A stretch of DNA of 64,000 nt, taken from positions 17,236,001 through 17,300,000 of the forward strand of contig OZ059899.1 of assembly GCA_964057225.1 (NCBI GenBank). The letters run 5' to 3'. A program made the position numbers and the translations under genes. Below, piece after piece: positions 54,001 through 64,000 of the stretch (the first letter of the stretch is position 1; the number at the start of each line of letters is the position of its first letter). The notes under the pieces were generated by a model, which was not told where the DNA came from, did no database searches, and saw nothing but the letters and a program-made list of their open reading frames with translations. The stretch is from Auanema rhodensis (taxonomy: Eukaryota; Animalia; Nematoda).

Positions 54001-57000
54001 TTAATACAAAAATTAGTTATGATCGTTTGAAAAATGATGCATTAGCGTATGTTGAGTTTCCATGTACACTCAACATTGCTTCCAAAAACATTTTGACAAA
54101 AAGTTTTTCGAAAAATTTCAAAATAATTTCGCAAAAAGTAAATGTTTTCAGATTCCTTTTTTTAAGGCAAAGACGATGGACAATGTTATTCAACGAAAAA
54201 ATTAATTCTGCAGGGTGAAAATCGAGGATATAAGTGTGAACTTATATCAGTTGATATCTCGGTGCATTTTTAAGCTAGCGCAAATCTGATAACACAGATC
54301 GACGCAGTTTAAAAATCCGCATCGAATGCACTATACTACATTGAGAAACGCTTAATACAAAACTTAGTTATGATCGTTTGAAAAAAGATGCATTAGTGTA
54401 TGTTGAGTTTCCATGTACACTCAACATTGCTTCCAAAAACATTTTTACAAAAATTTTTCCGAAAAATTTCGAAATAATTTCGCAGAAAGTAGATGTTTTT
54501 AGATTCCTTTTTTCAAGGCAAAGACGATGGACAATGTTATTCAACGAAAAAATTAATTCTTCAGGGTGAAAATCGAGGATGTAAGTGTGAGCTTATATCA
54601 GTTGATATCTCGGTGCATTTTTAAGCTAGCGCAAATCTGATAACACAGATCGACGCAGCTTACAAATCCGCATCGAATGCACTATACAACATTGAGAAAC
54701 GCTTAATACAAAAATTAGTTATGATCGTTTGAAAAATGATGCATTAGTGTATGTTGAGTTTCCATGTACACTCAACATTGCTTCCAAAAACATTTTGACA
54801 AAAAGTTTTTCGAAAAATTTCAAAATAATTTCGCAAAAAGTAAATGTTTTTAGATTCCTTTTTTAAAGGCAAAGACGATGGACAATGTTATTCAACGAAA
54901 AAATTAATTCTGCAGGGTGAAAATCGAGGATATAAGTGTGAACTTATATCAGTTGATATCTCGGTGCATTTTTAAGCTAGCGCAAATCTGATAACACAGA
55001 TCGACGCAGTTTAAAAATCCGCATCGAATGCACTATACTACATTGAGAAACGCTTAATACAAAAATTAGTTATGATCGTTTGAAAAATGATGCATTAGTG
55101 TATGTTGAGTTTCCATGTACACTCAACATTGCTTCCAAAAACATTTTTACAAAAATTTTTCCGAAAAATTTCAAAATAATTTCGCAAAAAGTAGATGTTT
55201 TAAGATTCCTTTTTTCAAGGCAAAGACGATGGACAATGTTATTCAACGAAAAAATTAATTCTGCAGGGTGAAAATCGAGGATATAAGTGTGAACTTATAT
55301 CAGTTGATATCTCGGTGCATTTTTAAGCTAGCGCAAATCTGATAACACAGATCGACGCAGTTTAAAAATCCGCATCGAATGCACTATACTACATTGAGAA
55401 ACGCTTAATACAAAAATTAGTTATGATCGTTTGAAAAATGATGCATTAGTGTATGTTGAGTTTCCATGTACACTCAACATTGCTTCCAAAAACATTTTTA
55501 CAAAAATTTTTCCGAAAAATTTCAAAATAATTTCGCAAAAAGTAGATGTTTTTAGATTCCTTTTTTCAAGGCAAAGACGATGGACAATGTTATTCAACGA
55601 AAAAATTAATTCTCCAGGGTGAAAATCGAGGATGTAAGTGTGAGCTTATATCAGTTGATATCTCGGTGCATTTTTAAGCTAGCGCAAATCTGATAACACA
55701 GATCGACGCAGCTTACAAATCCGCATCGAATGCACTATACAACATTGAAAAACGCTTAATACAAAAATTAGTTATGATCGTTTGAAAAATGATGCATTAG
55801 TGTATGTTGAGTTTCCATGTACACTCAACATTGCTTCCAAAAACATTTTTACAAAAATTTTTCCGAAAAATTTCAAAATAATTTCGCAAAAAGTAGATGT
55901 TTTTAGATTCCTTTTTTCAAGGCAAAGACGATGGACAATGTTATTCAACGAAAAAATTAATTCTCCAGGGTGAAAATCGAGGATGTAAGTGTGAGCTTAT
56001 ATCAGTTGATATCTCGGTGCATTTTTAAGCTAGCGCAAATCTGATAACACAGATCGACGCAGTTTAAAAATCCGCATCGAATGCACTATACAACATTGAG
56101 AAACGCTTAATACAAAAATTAGTTATGATCGTTTGAAAAATGATGCATTAGTGTATGTTGAGTTTCCATGTACACTCAACATTGCTTCCAAAAACATTTT
56201 TACAAAAATTTTTCCGAAAAATTTCAAAATAATTTCGCAAAAAGTAGATGTTTTTAGATTTCTTTTTTCAAGGCAAAGACGATGGACAATGTTATTCAAC
56301 GAAAAAATTAATTCTGCAGGGTGAAAATCGAGGATATAAGTGTGAACTTATATCAGTTGATATCTCGGTGCATTTTTAAGCTAGCGCAAATCTGATAACA
56401 CAGATCGACGCAGTTTAAAAATCCGCATCGAATGCACTATACTACATTGAGAAACGCTTAATACAAAAATTAGTTATGATCGTTTGAAAAATGATGCATT
56501 AGTGTATGTTGAGTTTCCATGTACACTCAACATTGCTTCCAAAAACATTTTTACAAAATTTTTCCGAAAAATTTCAAAATAATTTCGCAAAAAGTAGATG
56601 TTTTTAGATTCCTTTTTTCAAGGCAAAGACGATGGACAATGTTATTCAACGAAAAAATTAATTCTCCAGGGTGAAAATCGAGGATGTAAGTGTGAGCTTA
56701 TATCAGTTGATATCTCGGTGCATTTTTAAGCTAGCGCAAATCTGATAACACAGATCGACGCAGCTTACAAATCCGCATCGAATGCACTATACAACATTGA
56801 GAAACGCTTAATACAAAAATTAGTTATGATCGTTTGAAAAATGATGCATTAGTGTATGTTGAGTTTCCATGTACACTCAACATTGCTTCCAAAAACATTT
56901 TGACAAAAAGTTTTTCGAAAAATTTCAAAATAATTTCGCAAAAAGTAAATGTTTTTAGATTCCTTTTTTTAAGGCAAAGACGATGGACAATGTTATTCAA

Positions 57001-58237
57001 CGAAAAAATTAATTCTGCAGGGTGAAAATCGAGGATATAAGTGTGAACTTATATCAGTTGATATCTCGGTGCATTTTTAAGCTAGCGCAAATCTGATAAC
57101 ACAGATCGACGCAGTTTAAAAATCCGCATCGAATGCACTATACTACATTGAGAAACGCTTAATACAAAAATTAGTTATGATCGTTTGAAAAATGATGCAT
57201 TAGTGTATGTTGAGTTTCCATGTACACTCAACATTGCTTCCAAAAACATTTTTACAAAAATTTTTCCGAAAAATTTCAAAATAATTTCGCAAAAAGTAGA
57301 TGTTTTAAGATTCCTTTTTTCAAGGCAAAGACGATGGACAATGTTATTCAACGAAAAAATTAATTCTCCAGGGTGAAAATCGAGGATGTAAGTGTGAGCT
57401 TATATCAGTTGATATCTCGGTGCATTTTTAAGCTAGCGCAAATCTGATAACACAGATCGACGCAGCTTACAAATCCGCATCGAATGCACTATACAACATT
57501 GAGAAACGCTTAATACAAAAATTAGTTATGATCGTTTGAAAAATGATGCATTAGCGTATGTTGAGTTTCCATGTACACTCAACATTGCTTCCAAAAACAT
57601 TTTGACAAAAAGTTTTTCGAAAAATTTCAAAATAATTTCGCAAAAAGTAAATGTTTTCAGATTCCTTTTTTTAAGGCAAAGACGATGGACAATGTTATTC
57701 AACGAAAAAATTAATTCTGCAGGGTGAAAATCGAGGATATAAGTGTGAACTTATATCAGTTGATATCTCGGTGCATTTTTAAGCTAGCGCAAATCTGATA
57801 ACACAGATCGACGCAGTTTAAAAATCCGCATCGAATGCACTATACTACATTGAGAAACGCTTAATACAAAACTTAGTTATGATCGTTTGAAAAAAGATGC
57901 ATTAGTGTATGTTGAGTTTCCATGTACACTCAACATTGCTTCCAAAAACATTTTTACAAAAATTTTTCCGAAAAATTTCGAAATAATTTCGCAGAAAGTA
58001 GATGTTTTTAGATTCCTTTTTTCAAGGCAAAGACGATGGACAATGTTATTCAACGAAAAATTTAATTCTTCAGGGTGAAAATCGAGGATGTAAGTGTGAG
58101 CTTATATCAGTTGATATCTCGGTGCATTTTTAAGCTAGCGCAAATCTGATAACACAGATCGACGCAGTTTAAAAATCCGCATCGAATGCACTATACAACA
58201 TTGAGAAACGCTTAATACAAAAATTAGTTATGATCGT
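48060..58237. repeat. Nested block duplications (4-mer, 3-mer and ~10-mer)
   Basis: 48060-49463 matches 49464-50867; 50868-51920 matches 51921-52973; the private attagcgtat allele occurs in monomers 54027 and 57536 (offset 3509 bp = 10 monomers minus one deleted base). Confidence 0.85.
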
Positions 58238-61200
58238 TTGAAAAATGATGCATTAGTGTATGTTGAGTTTCCATGTACACTCAACATTGCTTCCAAAAAC
58301 ATTTTTACAAAAATTTTTCCGAAAAATTTCAAAATAATTTCGCAAAAAGTAGATGTTTTTAGATTCCTTTTTTCAAGGCAAAGACGATGGACAATGTTAT
58401 TCAACGAAAAAATTAATTCTCCAGGGTGAAAATCGAGGATGTAAGTGTGAGCTTATATCAGTTGATATCTCGGTGCATTTTTAAGCTAGCGCAAATCTGA
58501 TAACACAGATCGACGCAGCTTACAAATCCGCATCGAATGCACTATACAACATTGAGAAACGCTTAATACAAAAATTAGTTATGATCGTTTGAAAAATGAT
58601 GCATTAGTGTATGTTGAGTTTCCATGTACACTCAACATTGCTTCCAAAAACATTTTGACAAAAAGTTTTTCGAAAAATTTCAAAATAATTTCGCAAAAAG
58701 TAAATGTTTTTAGATTCCTTTTTTTAAGGCAAAGACGATGGACAATGTTATTCAACGAAAAAATTAATTCTGCAGGGTGAAAATCGAGGATATAAGTGTG
58801 AACTTATATCAGTTGATATCTCGGTGCATTTTTAAGCTAGCGCAAATCTGATAACACAGATCGACGCAGTTTAAAAATCCGCATCGAATGCACTATACTA
58901 CATTGAGAAACGCTTAATACAAAAATTAGTTATGATCGTTTGAAAAATGATGCATTAGTGTATGTTGAGTTTCCATGTACACTCAACATTGCTTCCAAAA
59001 ACATTTTTACAAAAATTTTTCCGAAAAATTTCAAAATAATTTCGCAAAAAGTAGATGTTTTTAGATTCCTTTTCTCAAGGCAAAGACGATGGACAATGTT
59101 ATTCAACGAAAAAATTAATTCTCCAGGGTGAAAATCGAGGATGTAAGTGTGAGCTTATATCAGTTGATATCTCGGTGCATTTTTAAGCTAGCGCAAATCT
59201 GATAACACAGATCGACGCAGCTTACAAATCCGCATCGAATGCACTATACAACATTGAGAAACGCTCAATACAAAAATTAGTTATGATCGTTTGAAAAATG
59301 ATGCATTAGTGTATGTTGAGTTTCCATGTACACTCAACATTGCTTCCAAAAACATTTTGACAAAAAGTTTTTCGAAAAATTTCAAAATAATTTCGCAAAA
59401 ACAAAATGTTTTTAGATTCCTTTTTTTAAGGCAAAGACGATGGACAATGTTATTCAACGAAAAAATTAATTCTGCAGGGTGAAAATCGAGGATATAAGTG
59501 TGAACTTATATCAGTTGATATCTCGGTGCATTTTTAAGCTAGCGCAAATCTGATAACACAGATCGACGCAGTTTAAAAATCCGCATCGAATGCACTATAC
59601 TACATTGAGAAACGCTTAATACAAAAATTAGTTATGATCGTTTGAAAAATGATGCATTAGTGTATGTTGAGTTTCCATGTACACTCAACATTGCTTCCAA
59701 AAACATTTTGACAAAAAGTTTTTCGAAAAATTTCAAAATAATTTCGCAGAAAGTAGATGTTTTTAGATTCCTTTTTTTAAGGCAAAGACGATGGACAATG
59801 TTATTCAACGAAAAAATTAATTCTCCAGGGTGAAAATCGAGGATGTAAGTGTGAGCTTATATCAGTTGATATCTCGGTGCATTTTTAAGCTAGCGCAAAT
59901 CTGATAACACAGATCGACGCAGTTTAAAAATCCGCATCGAATGCACTATACTACATTGAGAAACGCTTAATACAAAACTTAGTTATGATCGTTTGAAAAA
60001 AGATGCATTAGTGTATGTTGAGTTTCCATGTACACTCAACATTGCTTCCAAAAACATTTTTACAAAAATTTTTCCGAAAAATTTCGAAATAATTTCGCAG
60101 AAAGTAGATGTTTTTAGATTCCTTTTTTCAAGGCAAAGACGATGGACATTGTTATTCAACGAAAAAATTAATTCTGCAGGGTGAAAATCGAGGATATAAG
60201 TGTGAACTTATATCAGTTGATATCTCGGTGCATTTTTAAGCTAGCGCAAATCTGATAACACAGATCGACGCAGCTTAAAAATCCGCATCGAATGCACTAT
60301 ACTACATTGAGAAACGCTTAATACAAAAATTAGTTATGATCGTTTGAAAAATGATGCATTAGTGTATGTTGAGTTTCCATGTACACTCAACATTGCTTCC
60401 AAAAACATTTTGACAAAAATTTTTTCGAAAAATTTCAGAATATTTTAGCAAAAAATAGTTGTTTTTAGATTCCTTTTTTCAAGGCAAAGACGATGGACAA
60501 TGTTATTCAACGAAAAAATTAATTCTGCAGGGTGAAAATCGAGGATATAAGTGTGAACTTATATCAGTTGATATCTCGGTGCATTTTTAAGCTAGCGCAA
60601 ATCTGATAACACAGATCGACGCAGCTTAAAAATCCGCATCGAATGCACTATACTACATTGAGAAACGCTTAATACAAAAATTAGTTATGATCGTTTGAAA
60701 AATGATGCATTAGTGTATGTTGAGTTTCCATGTACACTCAACATTGCTTCCAAAAACATTTTGACAAAAATTTTTTCGAAAAATTTCAAAATAATTTCGC
60801 AAAAAGTAAATGTTTTTAGATTCCTTTTTTTAAGGCAAAGACGATGGACAATGTTATTCAACGAAAAAATTAATTCTGCAGGGTGAAAATCGAGGATATA
60901 AGTGTGAACTTATATCAGTTGATATCTCGGTGCATTTTTAAGCTAGCGCAAATCTGATAACACAGATCGACGCAGCTTAAAAATCCACATCGAATGCACT
61001 ATACAACATTGAGAAACGCTTAATACAAAACTTAGTTATGATCGTTTGAAAAAAGATGCATTAGTGTATGTTGAGTTTCCATGTACACTCAACATTGCTT
61101 CCAAAAACATTTTGACAAAAATTTTTCCAAAAAATTTCAAAATAATTTCGCAAAAAGTGAATGTTTTTAGATTCCGTTTTTCAAGGCAAAGACGATGGAC

Positions 61201-64000
61201 AATGTTATTCAACGAAAAAATTAATTCTGCAGGGTGAAAATCGAGGATATAAGTGTGAACTTATATCAGTTGATATCTCGGTGCATTTTTAAGCTAGCGC
61301 AAATCTGATAACACAGATCGACGCAGTTTAAAAATCCGCATCGAATGCACTATACTACATTGAGAAACGCTTAATACAAAACTTAGTTATGATCGTTTGA
61401 AAAAAGATGCATTAGTGTATGTTGAGTTTCCATGTACACTCAACATTGCTTCCAAAAACATTTTTACAAAAATTTTTCCGAAAAATTTCGAAATAATTTC
61501 GCAGAAAGTAGATGTTTTTAGATTCCTTTTTTCAAGGCAAAGACGATGGACATTGTTATTCAACGAAAAAATTAATTCTGCAGGGTGAAAATCGAGGATA
61601 TAAGTGTGAACCTATATCAGTTGATATCTCGGTGCATTTTTAAGCTAGCGCAAATCTGATAACACAGATCGACGCAGCTTAAAAATCCGCATCGAATGCA
61701 CTATACAACATTGAGAAACGCTTAATACAAAAATTAGTTATGATCGTTTGAAAAATGATGCATTAGTGTATGTTGAGTTTCCATGTACACTCAACATTGC
61801 TTCCAAAAACATTTTGACAAAAAGTTTTTCGAAAAATTTCAAAATAATTTCGCAAAAAGTAAATGTTTTTAGATTCCTTTTTTTAAGGCAAAGACGATGG
61901 ACAATGTTATTCAACGAAAAAATTAATTCTCCAGGGTGAAAATCGAGGATGTAAGTGTGAGCTTATATCAGTTGATATCTCGGTGCATTTTTAAGCTAGC
62001 GCAAATCTGATAACACAGATCGACGCAGCTTAAAAATCCGCATCGAATGCACTATACTACATTGAGAAACGCTTAATACAAAAATTAGTTATGATCGTTT
62101 GAAAAATGATGCATTAGTGTATGTTGAGTTTCCATGTACACTCAACATTGCTTCCAAAAACATTTTGACAAAAATTTTTTCGAAAAATTTCAAAATAATT
62201 TCGCAAAAAGTAAATGTTTTTAGATTCCTTTTTTTAAGGCAAAGACGATGGACAATGTTATTCAACGAAAAAATTAATTCTGCAGGGTGAAAATCGAGGA
62301 TATAAGTGTGAACTTATATCAGTTGATATCTCGGTGCATTTTTAAGCTAGCGCAAATCTGATAACACAGATCGACGCAGTTTAAAAATCCGCATCGAATG
62401 CACTATACTACATTGAGAAACACTTAATACAAAACTTAGTTATGATCGTTTGAAAAAAGATGCATTAGTGTATGTTGAGTTTCCATGTACACTCAACATT
62501 GCTTCCAAAAACATTTTGACAAAAATTTTTCCAAAAAATTTCAAAATAATTTCGCAAAAAGTGAATGTTTTTAGATTCCGTTTTTCAAGGCAAAGACGAT
62601 GGACAATGTTATTCAACGAAAAAATTAATTCTCCAGGGTGAAAATTGAGGATGTAAGTGTGAGCGTATATCAGTTGATATCTCGGTGCATTTTTAAGCTA
62701 GCGCAAATCTGATAACACAGATCGACGCAGCTTACAAATCCGCATCGAATGCACTATACAACATTGAGAAACGCTTAATACAAAAATTAGTTATGATCGT
62801 TTGAAAAATGATGCATTAGTGTATGTTGAGTTTCCATGTACACTCAACATTGCTTCCAAAAACATTTTGACAAAAATTTTTTCGAAAAATTTCAAAATAA
62901 TTTCGCAAAAAGTAAATGTTTTTAGATTCCTTTTTTTAAGGCAAAGACGATGGACAATGTTATTCAACGAAAAAATTAATTCTGCAGGGTGAAAATCGAG
63001 GATATATGTGTGAACTTATATCAGTTGATATCTCGGTGCATTTTTAAGCTAGCGCAAATCTGATAACACAGATCGACGCAGTTTAAAAATCCGCATCGAA
63101 TGCACTATACTACATTGAGAAACGCTTAATACAAAACTTAGTTATGATCGTTTGAAAAACGATGCATTAGTGTATGTTGAGTTTCCATGTACACTCAACA
63201 TTGCTTCCAAAAACATTTTTACAAAAATTTTTCCGAAAAATTTCGAAATAATTTCGCAGAAAGTAGATGTTTTTAGATTCCTTTTTTCAAGGCAAAGACG
63301 ATGGACATTGTTATTCAACGAAAAAATTAATTCTGCAGGGTGAAAATCGAGGATATAAGTGTGAACCTATATCAGTTGATATCTCGGTGCATTTTTAAGC
63401 TAGCGCAAATCTGATAACACAGATCGACGCAGCTTAAAAATCCGCATCGAATGCACTATACTACATTGAGAAACGCTTAATACAAAAATTAGTTATGATC
63501 GTTTGAAAAAAGATGCATTAGTGTATGTTGAGTTTCCATGTACACTCAACATTGCTTCCAAAAACATTTTGACAAAAAGTTTTTCGAAAAATTTCAAAAT
63601 AATTTCGCAAAAAGTAAATGTTTTTAGATTCCTTTTTTTAAGGCAAAGACGATGGACAATGTTATTCAACGAAAAAATTAATTCTGCAGGGTGAAAATCG
63701 AGGATATAAGTGTGAACTTATATCAGTTGATATCTCGGTGCATTTTTAAGCTAGCGCAAATCTGATAACACAGATCGACGCAGTTTAAAAATCCGCATCG
63801 AATGCACTATACTACATTGAGAAACGCTTAATACAAAAATTAGTTATGATCGTTTGAAAAATGATGCATTAGTGTATGTTGAGTTTCCATGTACACTCAA
63901 CATTGCTTCCAAAAACATTTTGACAAAAATTTTTTCGAAAAATTTCAAAATAATTTCGCAAAAAGTAAATGTTTTTAGATTCCTTTTTTTAAGGCAAAGA

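Larger units (their letters stand above)
1..64000. repeat. Tandem satellite DNA array, 351-bp monomer, ~182 head-to-tail copies
   Basis: The same unit recurs through the whole window; ORF-track starts fall at 351-bp intervals (326, 677, 1028 ... 63503) with only single-base slips. Copies differ by a few percent of substitutions. No junction with other sequence is visible. Confidence 0.99.

Noticed and set aside
326-63694. 159 copies of a 63-aa ORF (MK[K/N]DALVYVEFPCTLNIASK...) as a multicopy gene family
   Set aside because: The start codon is TTG, not ATG. The K/F/I/N-rich composition just reflects A/T tracts and I recognise no domain. 22 of 181 positions are broken, by several independent stops (aggTAA, atgTAA, cgaTGA, tttTAA, tttTAG) or frameshifts, and stop alleles were themselves amplified. 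Most variants change amino acids, and the ORF is no better conserved than the rest of the monomer.
1-64000. CRISPR array
   Set aside because: The entire 351 bp repeats; there are no unique spacers and no cas genes.
1-64000. Tandem 5S rRNA, tRNA, spliced-leader or snRNA gene cluster
   Set aside because: I found no 5S signature, cloverleaf or GTTCRA B-box, SL1 leader (GGTTTAATTACCCAAGTTTGAG) or recognisable snRNA motif on either strand. A highly divergent RNA cannot be excluded without an Rfam scan.
1-64000. Assignment as a centromere, or to a named satellite family or species
   Set aside because: I do not recognise the sequence with confidence and saw no canonical CENP-B box. Function and taxon need a database search and chromatin data.

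Overview
The whole 64-kb window is one uninterrupted head-to-tail tandem array (satellite DNA) of a 351-bp, ~32% GC monomer, about 182 copies, all in the same orientation. I see no unique sequence, inversion, transposon insertion, RNA gene or credible protein-coding gene, and the array runs off both ends. The 63-aa ORF in the track is an artefact of the repeat: it starts at TTG, is broken in 22 of 181 copies, and mostly varies non-synonymously. The real structure lies at two other scales. (1) Within the monomer there are four dyad elements: a 9-bp stem with an alternative fold, a 10-bp inverted repeat around an A/T-tract block, a 9-bp stem with a GTGA (GNRA-type) loop, and a 67-nt imperfect hairpin; several common alleles in the last two keep pairing as G-U on the + strand. 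(2) Along the array, diagnostic SNPs show two sequence domains (switch near 15 kb), an A/B dimer tendency, a variable-length higher-order repeat (12-, 8-, 11- and 16-mer versions), further block duplications, and one monomer with a short divergent patch. The source is probably a eukaryote with weak CpG methylation (nematode- or arthropod-like), which is inference only. I cannot name the family or demonstrate a novel biological system from sequence alone; the best lead is a structured satellite RNA or a palindromic-element origin of the monomer.
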